This document shows, in pieces, positions 10,320-18,303 of a stretch of DNA of 64,000 bases. This stretch comes from a virus. Its lineage: Duplodnaviria > Caudoviricetes. Position numbers and translations under genes: made by a program. The stretch is from positions 1-64,000 of the IMG/VR virus record IMGVR_UViG_3300034161_000008; one strand, 5' to 3'. How positions within the stretch are numbered: the stretch's first letter is position 1; every line of letters starts with the position of its first letter. The notes below the pieces were generated by a model, which did not search any database, had not been told where the DNA came from, and worked only from the letters and a program-made list of their open reading frames with translations.

Positions 10320-10545
10320 TTGCAACTTAAACTGGAAAGAGGCGGAAACCCCGCTGAGTGGCTTAGCGCAACCAGCAGCACAGAGGCAGCGGTTCGGGCC
10401 GATCGTCGTTAGCCAGCCACCACAAGGTGCGCTTAACGGGACCGGCAATTGCGCAACGGGTAAGGACGACAGTAGGCCGGGCGAGGCGAGTCGACAGTAC
10501 CACGAACAGCGGTCAGCGGGGTTTCCTATAACATGGCCATCTGCC
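10320..10545 (-). ncRNA. Candidate structured RNA or cis-element
   Basis: Perfect 14-bp inverted repeat GGAAACCCCGCTGA (10344-10357) / TCAGCGGGGTTTCC (10513-10526) enclosing nested short stems, followed by a terminator. Strand tentative. Confidence 0.45.
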
Positions 10546-10554
10546 AGTAATTTT

Positions 10555-10953
10555 TTACTCGAAGTTGACTTTGATGTTCGGGAAGCCGTTCTTGAGCAGA
10601 GCGGCTGCGATCTTCGGACCATCCTCAAGAGTGATGCCATCAATCACGACATTCGCGCGTTTGAACTCGACCACAGTTACCGTTGAGTCCTTGATCCAAG
10701 GGATTCCGATACACGTAATAGCGCCGGATTGGGTAAGGATTTTGATGTAGTTGTATCCACCGGGGTTGTTTGGAGTCCCCGACGGCAGGTACGGATACAC
10801 GTTTACGTGCATGGACTGGGTACTGATAATCTGGTTCGCCGAATCCTTGTCGAGGATCGCCAAAACTTTGACGTTCTTGAAGTCCGAGCCCAAGATTGCA
10901 TTGGGATAAACTTCGAACGTATACGTCAGTCCGATTTTGAAGTCGTAACTCAT
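10555..10953 (-). CDS. Conserved chimallivirus small beta-rich protein (phiKZ gp49-like by synteny)
   Basis: 132 aa, RBS GGAG, immediately upstream of the DNA polymerase. Confidence 0.75.
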   Translation of the reverse strand: MSYDFKIGLTYTFEVYPNAILGSDFKNVKVLAILDKDSANQIISTQSMHVNVYPYLPSGTPNNPGGYNYIKILTQSGAITCIGIPWIKDSTVTVVEFKRANVVIDGITLEDGPKIAAALLKNGFPNIKVNFE

Positions 10954-11254
10954 GGGTGAACTCCGAGAAGTCGTAGTGGATCAGTATCACGCTGGCTGCT
11001 GGGATTATGCTGATGCCCTCTGCATAATTTAAGCTGATTCCAATGCGATCTAGTTCCTCGCGGACCAAGTTGGAGTATTCGTAAAGATCGTTATCGGGAC
11101 ATTCGTTACCGCCTTCCAGGAGGTCGAACAGTTTGTCTTCAAATGCGGGCGGACAGACATCGCCATCCATGGCAAAGTCAGGATCACTGGACGCCAACAC
11201 AGCTGCCACGAAATCCTTCACGGCAGGTGATTCTATTAATAGTGTTACCATCAC
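10640..11254 (-). CDS. Hypothetical acidic protein. The N-terminal ~100 aa look coding; the C-terminus overlaps the next gene out of frame.
   Basis: N-terminal composition matches the neighbouring array. The frame runs 314 nt into 10555..10953. Confidence 0.5.
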   Translation of the reverse strand: MMVTLLIESPAVKDFVAAVLASSDPDFAMDGDVCPPAFEDKLFDLLEGGNECPDNDLYEYSNLVREELDRIGISLNYAEGISIIPAASVILIHYDFSEFTHELRLQNRTDVYVRSLSQCNLGLGLQERQSFGDPRQGFGEPDYQYPVHARKRVSVPAVGDSKQPRWIQLHQNPYPIRRYYVYRNPLDQGLNGNCGRVQTRECRD

Positions 11255-11260
11255 TGGTCT

Positions 11261-11638
11261 CTAGTATGGGAGTTTGGCCAACACTAAGTCTTTACCTAGT
11301 AGGTCGCTATAGAAATAGCCTAGGGTAGATTCAGCCTTGTACAAACCCAGTGCCTTGATTTCTGCCAGAACCGCTAAGCCTAAGTTCATCACAGCTATAC
11401 TCAATAACACACCGTCAGCCAGTAATTTTTCATCTTGTATCCTTACACCTAATCCGATGCAGGAATACATGAGGCTCATCGACTTCATTTGGTCTTCACA
11501 CTTCTCGCCAAGATTACACACGGCGATGATGCGGGCAAAGACTTCCTTGATGTCGACATCCGTGCCCTTGATGTGGCGTAACTCCCGTTCAAACTTCATC
11601 ACCGCAGGCCTCGTGCTAACGATGATTGCCCCCGGCAT
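11261..11638 (-). CDS. Hypothetical protein, paralog-array member
   Basis: Start MPGAII at 11638 (RBS GGAG). C-terminal motif ALGLYKAESTLGYFY. Confidence 0.72.
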   Translation of the reverse strand: MPGAIIVSTRPAVMKFERELRHIKGTDVDIKEVFARIIAVCNLGEKCEDQMKSMSLMYSCIGLGVRIQDEKLLADGVLLSIAVMNLGLAVLAEIKALGLYKAESTLGYFYSDLLGKDLVLAKLPY

Positions 11639-12017
11639 TTCCGACTTCTCCTTCATGCAAATCTCCACGCGTGAGCACAATGTCTGCATCGAGCAGCCAG
11701 CCTGTAGGTCGGTAACCCAAGGTGCCCTGTTCGTCGTACAAGCCGAGCTGAGTGCATTGCTCGCCTAGGTCACGGGCTAGCTCTAACTTAGCCTTGGTGA
11801 GGATCTCAGCGTCTCGGACACTCAAGTGATTGTCGTCAACGCTAGCCACTAACAGCTCAGCGCTTTCGTGCTTAGATGGCAATCCCACCGCTATCAGCAC
11901 CTCTTCCACAACTTCGTTCAAATCGTACTCGCACTGAGTCATCTTAGCAGCAGAAACCAAGAACTTCTTCACAGCCTTCTCAGAAGCGAGGATAACCACG
12001 TCCGGAAATGACGGCAT
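11616..12017 (-). CDS. Hypothetical protein, paralog-array member
   Basis: Start MPSFPD at 12017 (RBS GGAGG). Motif QLGLYDEQGTLGY. Confidence 0.75.
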   Translation of the reverse strand: MPSFPDVVILASEKAVKKFLVSAAKMTQCEYDLNEVVEEVLIAVGLPSKHESAELLVASVDDNHLSVRDAEILTKAKLELARDLGEQCTQLGLYDEQGTLGYRPTGWLLDADIVLTRGDLHEGEVGNAGGNHR

Positions 12018-12399
12018 CTTTATCCTCCCTGTCGTGATAAAGCAGCACGATACAATGATCGGCTGTGGTTGAGTGGTAAATCCACGGAAGCATGCCTTTA
12101 GTATCGTAGAGCCCATTTCGCCGAAATTCAGCATGGATAGCTGAAAGCATTTCTCCGGCAGCAGTGACTATTTGATTACCTGCTGGGAGGTCATCGTAGA
12201 GAAAGTCACCGGCCATCTCGTAAAGAAGCAACCCTGTCTGATATTCGATTTCATCTTCGATACCAACGGAATCCACGATTGCATTCATCCACGTGTCTAA
12301 CGGGTCCAGCCCCAGAGGATCGAGGTTGAGCGTTAGACGACGATACTGCTGAACAACCTCTTTTGTATCTGCAATAAATAAATCTGGGAGTGGATTCAT
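11980..12399 (-). CDS. Hypothetical protein, paralog-array member
   Basis: 139 aa. Motif RNGLYDTKGMLPWIY. Confidence 0.75.
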   Translation of the reverse strand: MNPLPDLFIADTKEVVQQYRRLTLNLDPLGLDPLDTWMNAIVDSVGIEDEIEYQTGLLLYEMAGDFLYDDLPAGNQIVTAAGEMLSAIHAEFRRNGLYDTKGMLPWIYHSTTADHCIVLLYHDREDKDAVISGRGYPRF

Positions 12400-12806
12400 T
12401 AGAACGTCCTAGCGTAAACCATTAGATCATCGTCAACCCATTGACAGAATCGAACGATCTCAAACTGCTGTCCATTGAAAAAGGTGTCCAAGAACTTCTG
12501 GACGTCGATCTCAATCAACTCCACAATCATCTCTAGTTCCGATAAATCCTGAACATCATCAGCCAATGGGACGTTGGAATGCAGGCACTCCAATTCGTAG
12601 TTTGTGTAATCTTCGATCATACTCCCCAGCAGATTGGATTGGCCATCCGTGGTCAAGGCCGTTCCGTTGGTCATTACAACAGCGTCACAAATAAGCCCCT
12701 TAACCCCGCCTCTATAAAAGAAGAAGCGTGGGTCAAGGAGCTTGTATTCTGCGACGAGTTCACGTGTGGGCAGTATAATCGCTGCAACCTCTAAGGGCTT
12801 TAGCAA
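12399..12806 (-). CDS. Hypothetical acidic protein
   Basis: 135 aa, stop/start coupled to its neighbours. Confidence 0.72.
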   Translation of the reverse strand: MLKPLEVAAIILPTRELVAEYKLLDPRFFFYRGGVKGLICDAVVMTNGTALTTDGQSNLLGSMIEDYTNYELECLHSNVPLADDVQDLSELEMIVELIEIDVQKFLDTFFNGQQFEIVRFCQWVDDDLMVYARTF

Positions 12807-13270
12807 CCTACAAACCTCCGGACACTTTCTGGGATGAAGTCACCGTTCTCGATCCCTTCTTGGACCTCTTCACGGACATGTATTGCAAACTGCTCCACTG
12901 CCGGAGTCTCAGGCGTTACCAAACAAGTGTCTGGCACGGTGATCTCAAGGTCCATGTTATCGTGAACCTTGAAGTGACAGTGGGTGGCGTTGCCATCGAG
13001 GTGTGGGATGTACGCCGTCACGAGATCCATGACGGTGTTGCAAACCTCGTGGTAGATCGCACTCGCATTGAACTCGTTGATCTCCTCCATCTTGAGGATA
13101 TCGATTGCGGTGAGATCGGGGTTGAGCGGACGCCCCAGAAAGATATCTTCCAAGATACTCTCAAAGAACGGTACAGAATCGTACAGGTCAGGATGCAGCA
13201 AGTGCATGCTCAAGCGGTTTTGCAGCAGTCCGTTTGCCTCTTGCAGCGGGACGAAGATGAGAGCTGGCAT
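12800..13270 (-). CDS. Hypothetical acidic protein
   Basis: 156 aa, translationally coupled. Confidence 0.72.
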   Translation of the reverse strand: MPALIFVPLQEANGLLQNRLSMHLLHPDLYDSVPFFESILEDIFLGRPLNPDLTAIDILKMEEINEFNASAIYHEVCNTVMDLVTAYIPHLDGNATHCHFKVHDNMDLEITVPDTCLVTPETPAVEQFAIHVREEVQEGIENGDFIPESVRRFVGC

Positions 13271-13890
13271 TACGCGCCCTTCATGTAAGGTGTTTTAGTC
13301 AGACGGTGGTATTCATAGATGCGGAAGTCATCGCCCTTATCAATGAACACGTCGCCCCCGATACGTCGAACGTGGTGAATGTTCCACGTAGGTCCGCGCA
13401 CAAATGCAGCCACCGGTTCGTAGATGTTGATCATCAGTACGTCACGAATGGTTTCAAACAACGCGATGTCATTGCGGCACTCTGGACGCAGCCAAGCCAA
13501 CAGAGTGGCGTCGCAGCTACCGCCAACCAACATCTCGTATTGCACTGCATCGTCTACAGCATCGCGTGCTGAGTCTTCCACCAGCTTACGTCCGATCCAG
13601 GGCGTAGTGGGTGCCAGAGAAAAGCCACGGCTGATATCCATAGCCGAGATGATCGTGACGTCGTGACGATCACACACAGGTGACGTGATGTCGTCGAGCT
13701 TGGTTACCGGCATGCCAGACAACTGACGATACTGGTTCAAGCGATCCAGAGTGATGCGGGGTACTTCCTCACCCTGCACGTAGATGGCCGGAGCTGGCTG
13801 GCTGAAGTATTCGCCATACAAGTTTTCAATCAGGTGCGCTACATGATCGGCGTCAATGATCAGCGTCGTGATTGGATCGTGTTCGGTCAT
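13270..13890 (-). CDS. Hypothetical protein
   Basis: Likely start MTEHDP at 13890, just after the stop of the upstream gene. Confidence 0.72.
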   Translation of the reverse strand: MTEHDPITTLIIDADHVAHLIENLYGEYFSQPAPAIYVQGEEVPRITLDRLNQYRQLSGMPVTKLDDITSPVCDRHDVTIISAMDISRGFSLAPTTPWIGRKLVEDSARDAVDDAVQYEMLVGGSCDATLLAWLRPECRNDIALFETIRDVLMINIYEPVAAFVRGPTWNIHHVRRIGGDVFIDKGDDFRIYEYHRLTKTPYMKGA

Positions 13891-13894
13891 CAAG

Positions 13895-14239
13895 CTAATC
13901 CCTAAAGTAGTAAATGTAGAGGTCACCACGGTCAATGCGTATTGAGATAGAGTCATTCAGCCATGTGGCTGGAGGCCCACGGAACACGCAATGGAAATAG
14001 CGCTCAACATCCGGGAACTTCTTTTTGGCAGCTTCAGCAACAGGTTCGAATATGCTGCCGCGAGAGTGATCTGCGACAATCATGTTGTAAACCGTTTCGA
14101 ACAATTCCTCGACATACCAGTGAAGAACCGTTTCAACAGGCCACCCCAACTGCTGTTCCATGATCACGTGCGCGATTGCCTCACGCAAGGGACTAAAGAA
14201 CTGTGACCCGTCCTGAATAAATGTTGCGTTCCATTCCAC
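13895..14239 (-). CDS. Hypothetical protein
   Basis: 114 aa, GTG start with GAAGGGG RBS. Confidence 0.68.
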   Translation of the reverse strand: MEWNATFIQDGSQFFSPLREAIAHVIMEQQLGWPVETVLHWYVEELFETVYNMIVADHSRGSIFEPVAEAAKKKFPDVERYFHCVFRGPPATWLNDSISIRIDRGDLYIYYFRD

Positions 14240-14266
14240 AGCAAGACCCCTTCTCCGCTATAGGAT

Positions 14267-14674
14267 TTAGGTAGCCGATCTTTCTTTACCTGAAAACATA
14301 GTCAGCAATACCGTGTAGGGCTTCGTGTAGCCGCTCACGTACGCCGTTACGTTACCAAACTCATCGTAGCAGCCCTGATCGATTAGGTGCTCTTGTACGA
14401 GCTTTAAGCCCGTTCTGAGTTCTTTGTGTATTTTGGCCAAAGGTGGGTCCGGGAACATGACATTGAGCACTTCGTCGATCGCAGCGAAGAACTCTTCGGA
14501 AGCCACACCGAAGTTGTCCACACGGTTCAGCACGTTGGCCACACCCTGCGAGATCATGTTCTGCATTTGTTGCGCTTGATCAGGAATGCATTCCAGTACC
14601 ACGAACATGTAATCCAGAAACTCTGACCCCGGATCAAGTTCAAACGACCAAGTTTTAGGTAGCTTCATTTCCAC
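14267..14674 (-). CDS. Hypothetical protein, paralog-array member
   Basis: 135 aa, RBS GGAG. Motif DQGCYDEFGNVTAY. Confidence 0.72.
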   Translation of the reverse strand: MEMKLPKTWSFELDPGSEFLDYMFVVLECIPDQAQQMQNMISQGVANVLNRVDNFGVASEEFFAAIDEVLNVMFPDPPLAKIHKELRTGLKLVQEHLIDQGCYDEFGNVTAYVSGYTKPYTVLLTMFSGKERSAT

Positions 14675-14706
14675 TCCGAAAAAGTTTGCGGCATAAAAGT
14701 TAGGTT

Positions 14707-15223
14707 GGCCCTCTCCCGATTATGCTCGCTATCATGATAGCATGCGATAACCTTGGTCCGGCTTCTCTTTCGAGTCCGGGGGAGAGTGGGCCGTCTTTGT
14801 TACTGTCGAGCTCTTGAGAGGGGGGTTCAGTCCACGTTACTCGGTTGCCAAAAAGCGCTTGAGCCAGTCGAACTGGTTTAAGTGCTGTTCCCGTGCCTTA
14901 CTCAAATAACCAGATTTCCACCATCCGGTGGTTAACCGAAACATGTCCGGCTTTATAGGGGGTCTGTCCGGCCTAGGATTGGCTTAGCCACTCGCCCGAT
15001 GAGTGTGGTCCCAATGTTCAGGGGCCTGCTTTTGCGCAAGTAGGTTATCAAAGTCCCGAGGGACCAGGATGATTACTAATCCTAGATGGAACAGGAGTTG
15101 CAGAATGAAGAGGACAAGCCCCAGCATTTAACAGTCCTAGCGTGTAGCGCTTGGCGAAGTGAGAGTCCTTGATCTGGGGTGGGTCGACCGGTTTTAATGG
15201 TGGACTTCTTCAGCTCTCACTCG
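14707..15223 (+). ncRNA. Candidate large structured non-coding RNA
   Basis: No credible ORF over ~550 nt. Long-range closing stem 14815-14835/15200-15219, nested helices and about ten G-U pairs that work only on the + strand. Confidence 0.62.
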
Positions 15224-15255
15224 CGAGCACTAAGCTTCAGGATGGATCAGTGCAA

Positions 15256-15519
15256 TCACCCGAGCAAACAAGAGCCATGATCTTGCGCTGGGTCATGCGA
15301 TTCCTTGTTGCGCCCGGAAGCCACTACCTGATCTGGATCATCCAACCCAGGGTAAAGGTCTTCGGGTTGACGGGGGTCTTCAATAGTCCACTCTTGCGTG
15401 CGTAGTGCGATCGGCAGGCGATTCTCGGCCACCGTGACACCATGACCCGCGAGAGCAACACCCAGGGCAAGGGCTAAACCCATGCCACCCCCGATAACGA
15501 GGATTCTTGATGAACGCAT
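15256..15519 (-). CDS. Small protein beginning with a Rossmann-like beta-alpha-beta (dinucleotide-binding) segment
   Basis: RILVIGGGMGLALALGVALAGHGVTVAE resembles the GxGxxG FAD-binding start. RBS AGGA. The segment could instead be a signal or TM helix. Confidence 0.6.
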   Translation of the reverse strand: MRSSRILVIGGGMGLALALGVALAGHGVTVAENRLPIALRTQEWTIEDPRQPEDLYPGLDDPDQVVASGRNKESHDPAQDHGSCLLG

Positions 15520-15539
15520 CGTGAATCCTTACTTCCTAT

Positions 15540-16535
15540 TTACAGGAAGAGGCCGTTGTTGTTTGGCTTGCTGCCGTCGCTGATACCTTTCACACTTTTG
15601 CGCGACTCTTGTTGCTGAGTCAGCTCAGTGATGCGGGCTTCCATTTCGCGAGTCTTCTCGATCAACAGACCTTCAGACGTGACGAAGTGGACAGGTGCTT
15701 TGGCGATGGCCGCCACGTTGCTGAAACCGCGGTAGCGAATGTCCGGGGTGATCGGCAGACTGTAGTCGGTGCCTGGAGCCATCAGCGTGACGGTGCTGAT
15801 AACTTGACCCAGTGCCGAGAAGGTCTCGTCTTTGTCGACCATGTTCAACGAAACCAGTTTGGCGTCGTTGTCGGTGCCGACAGTGTAGTTCTGCCAGTTG
15901 CGGATGTCCTTGCGGTCCAGGCCTTTGTTCTGGCGACTGAACAGCACTTGCAGGCCGGAGATCAGTTCTTGCACTTGTTCCTGCACCTGAGCAGTCGGTG
16001 TGCCACGGCCGTATTCGGCGTAGTACATCGCCAGCGGGTTACCGGATTCACGCGAGAAGTGGTCGTACGATTTCAGGCAGTTCAGGCTGTTGCGGATTTC
16101 TACTTTGTCGCCCCATGTTGCAATGCCAACAGCAACAATGGTAGACGCGCCGCGAGTCAGCAGCTCTTTGGCCAGGTAGCGTGCGAACACGGAACCGGTG
16201 CCGCCGGAAAGCGAGCTGATGATGACGACGCTGTCGCTTGGTGCGTGCTTGCTCAGCAGGTCCTTGATTACCAGGCCGATCTCTTCTGCGTTTTCAGCAG
16301 GGATCTTGCCAGAGCCATCCAGCTCTTCGCCATCGGAGGTCTTTTCGAGCAGGTAAATAGCTTCGGCCGGAATGGTGCTGTCCAGGTCGGAGGTGCTGGT
16401 ATCGATGTAAACCGAGTCCAGGGAAGCAAAGCCCGGAAGATCTTTGTTACGGTCCGCCTCGAACACTTTAGCGATGTCCGTTGCGATACCGCCACAAACG
16501 TACATGCTGATGCGACCTTTAACTTCGAGTTCCAT
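15540..16535 (-). CDS. phuZ: PhuZ phage tubulin
   Basis: CGG N-terminal loop, tubulin signature SLSGGTGS, T7-loop-like GLDRKD, short C-terminal tail ending GLFL, 331 aa. Confidence 0.95.
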   Translation of the reverse strand: MELEVKGRISMYVCGGIATDIAKVFEADRNKDLPGFASLDSVYIDTSTSDLDSTIPAEAIYLLEKTSDGEELDGSGKIPAENAEEIGLVIKDLLSKHAPSDSVVIISSLSGGTGSVFARYLAKELLTRGASTIVAVGIATWGDKVEIRNSLNCLKSYDHFSRESGNPLAMYYAEYGRGTPTAQVQEQVQELISGLQVLFSRQNKGLDRKDIRNWQNYTVGTDNDAKLVSLNMVDKDETFSALGQVISTVTLMAPGTDYSLPITPDIRYRGFSNVAAIAKAPVHFVTSEGLLIEKTREMEARITELTQQQESRKSVKGISDGSKPNNNGLFL

Positions 16536-16602
16536 GTGTTATTCCTAACAAAGAGTTGTAATGGCGTACTGCTACATAACAGTACGCTTTGGTGTATTTT
16601 TC

Positions 16603-16818
16603 TTACGGGGCGATCATGACGAAAGCACCAGCACTGAACAAAGCACCGCCGAGGAAAGCCAAAACAGCCAGCTTGCGAGGGGTGGTAGGTTGGTACATAA
16701 TGTTCTCGCGAAACAACAGGTGAATCCGCTTGACGTCAAACATCGTGGAGTACATCCCGAATATGCAGATGAACATCACGACAGAAATCCGCAATACCTG
16801 TTCTTGATGTGGTGTCAT
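16603..16818 (-). CDS. Small two-TM membrane protein
   Basis: 71 aa with two hydrophobic stretches. Confidence 0.6.
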   Translation of the reverse strand: MTPHQEQVLRISVVMFICIFGMYSTMFDVKRIHLLFRENIMYQPTTPRKLAVLAFLGGALFSAGAFVMIAP

Positions 16819-17288
16819 TATAACCCCCTTAGTGACATCGTGTCGGTAGTTCCTACTGGCGGTCCTGTCAGTAGTTTGGTCAGAGAGACCAATTGAAGTT
16901 CAGCATACGGCGACAGCCATTGATCAGACGAGATCATCTTGATTGGCAGTACCGCATACCCAGTATAATCCATTGCGGCTAGGAACACTGGCAAGAGTCG
17001 CATTGGTTCGCGCTCTGCTTCTGTAAATGCGTACTTCGCAAACTCACGGTCAATCGCATACGTGGTTACGCGACGGACTAACTTTGCGACAACATTCGTG
17101 GAGATTGGTTTGCCACCCAAGACCTGCTTGTAGTAGATCTTGATGATGGGGTCGATCGGGTCAAACACACGCTCCAGAGTTTCTGTAGTGCTTTCACCTT
17201 GACGCGATACCTCCCTCAGAAAAGCCTGTATACCAGTTCTCACTGGCTCGAATATTTCAGGTCTGAAGTAATCAGTCATCTGGGTCAT
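16818..17288 (-). CDS. Hypothetical protein
   Basis: 156 aa, coupled to the downstream ORF. Confidence 0.65.
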   Translation of the reverse strand: MTQMTDYFRPEIFEPVRTGIQAFLREVSRQGESTTETLERVFDPIDPIIKIYYKQVLGGKPISTNVVAKLVRRVTTYAIDREFAKYAFTEAEREPMRLLPVFLAAMDYTGYAVLPIKMISSDQWLSPYAELQLVSLTKLLTGPPVGTTDTMSLRGL

Positions 17289-17360
17289 TTTGCCTTTTCT
17301 TATGAACAGGGGACTATTGCTAGCACCATATCCATAACACTCCTTATTGATGTCACTCTA

Positions 17361-17369
17361 GTAATAAGT
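17361..17369 (-). promoter_or_regulatory. Putative phage early-type promoter (ACTTATTAC)
   Basis: The same 9-mer occurs at 25538 and 41687, always intergenic and upstream of minus-strand genes. It resembles the phiKZ early consensus TATATTAC. Confidence 0.55.
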
Positions 17370-17402
17370 AACTCAACGTTTTTTCACCAAGGACCTTTAA
17401 CA

Positions 17403-18206
17403 ATGAACGCAATCCAGAAGGCTTTGGATGAAGTCCAATTTCGCCTGCCCCGTCCGATCCTCGATACGGTGTTCATCAAGCGAGCCAAACACTACCGAGC
17501 TGGTGGTGCTAGCGTAACAGATCACATCCTTAACGAGGTGGTTCGTCCCCGTGTGTTAGTGGATTGCAACCTGTCTGGCGGTACTGAGGCTTTCATCAAC
17601 CTCAACAACCTGCACCCAGAGCGCACCAACGACTACACCCAAGTCTATCGCATCCCGAAAGAGGTGACTCAGGGTCGCAGCATCATGTCTGCACTGAACA
17701 TCACCTTTGCCGACCCAAACCGTTCGAGCTCCTACGGTGCCTCTGCAACCCAGGGTAGCTCTGCATTGCTGCAACTGGGTCAGTCTGTGATCGACGCAGG
17801 CCTACCGGTGCCTACAAGCTCCACAGCGTACGTTCAGTTGATCGGCGAGAACGTTGTGATGGTTCGTGACACCGCAGCACTGCCAGGCAACATCTTTCTG
17901 CGCTGCATCCTCGCTAACGACGAGAACATGTCGCACTTGCAGTTGAAGTCGTATCGTCACTTCTGCAAACTGGTCGAGCTGGCTGTCAAGGCTTACGTGT
18001 TCAACGAGTACGAAATCCTGATGGGCCAGACCGAGCTGTACGGCGGTATGGAGCTGGGTGTGTTCAAAGAACGTATCCTGAAGTGGGAAGAGTCTGAAGA
18101 GCTCTACCAGACCTATCTCGTCGAGAAGTGGGACAAGGTTGCGCTGATGAACGATCGTGAGAGCTGGACGCGTTTGCTGAAAGGCGTAGTGGGTGGTCCT
18201 CACTAA
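17403..18206 (+). CDS. Conserved virion structural protein (phiKZ gp35-like by synteny)
   Basis: Start MNAIQK at 17403 (RBS AAGGA). Structural-gene codon usage. Confidence 0.7.
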   Translation: MNAIQKALDEVQFRLPRPILDTVFIKRAKHYRAGGASVTDHILNEVVRPRVLVDCNLSGGTEAFINLNNLHPERTNDYTQVYRIPKEVTQGRSIMSALNITFADPNRSSSYGASATQGSSALLQLGQSVIDAGLPVPTSSTAYVQLIGENVVMVRDTAALPGNIFLRCILANDENMSHLQLKSYRHFCKLVELAVKAYVFNEYEILMGQTELYGGMELGVFKERILKWEESEELYQTYLVEKWDKVALMNDRESWTRLLKGVVGGPH

Positions 18207-18266
18207 TGGGTGGAGCCTTCGGGCTCCGCTTATGCCGCAAAAAAAGAAGGGCGATGCGCGCCCTTC
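18207..18266. terminator. Back-to-back terminators
   Basis: + strand GGAGCC-TTCG-GGCTCC then TTATGCCG. Minus strand GAAGGGCG/CGCCCTTC hairpin then T8. Confidence 0.8.
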
Positions 18267-18303
18267 TAAAAAGCTAACTCCCGAAGGAGTCAACCTGGCC
18301 ATT

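Noticed and set aside
10209-10643. 144-aa minus ORF across the gp49-like/PolB gap
   Set aside because: Cys/Ser/Arg-rich non-protein composition, it runs through a T-tract terminator and overlaps a real gene.
14707-14964. RNase P RNA reading: AGTCCGGG (14773) with GTCCGGCTTTA (14945) looks like a P4 helix with a bulged U
   Set aside because: The CR-I GAGGAAAG context is absent, the CCGG arms have local hairpin partners, and no P5-P12 core is recognisable. Kept only as something cmscan should test.
15130-15245. tmRNA or group I/II intron reading of the gap (TCCACCA on the minus strand at about 15198-15204; ACAGTCC resembling the group I S element)
   Set aside because: No T-arm or tag frame, no matching P7 R element, no group II domain V, and no interrupted host gene.
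15169-15405. 78-aa plus-strand ORF at the end of the structured gap
   Set aside because: TTG start, it overlaps a better-supported minus-strand gene, and has no coding signature.
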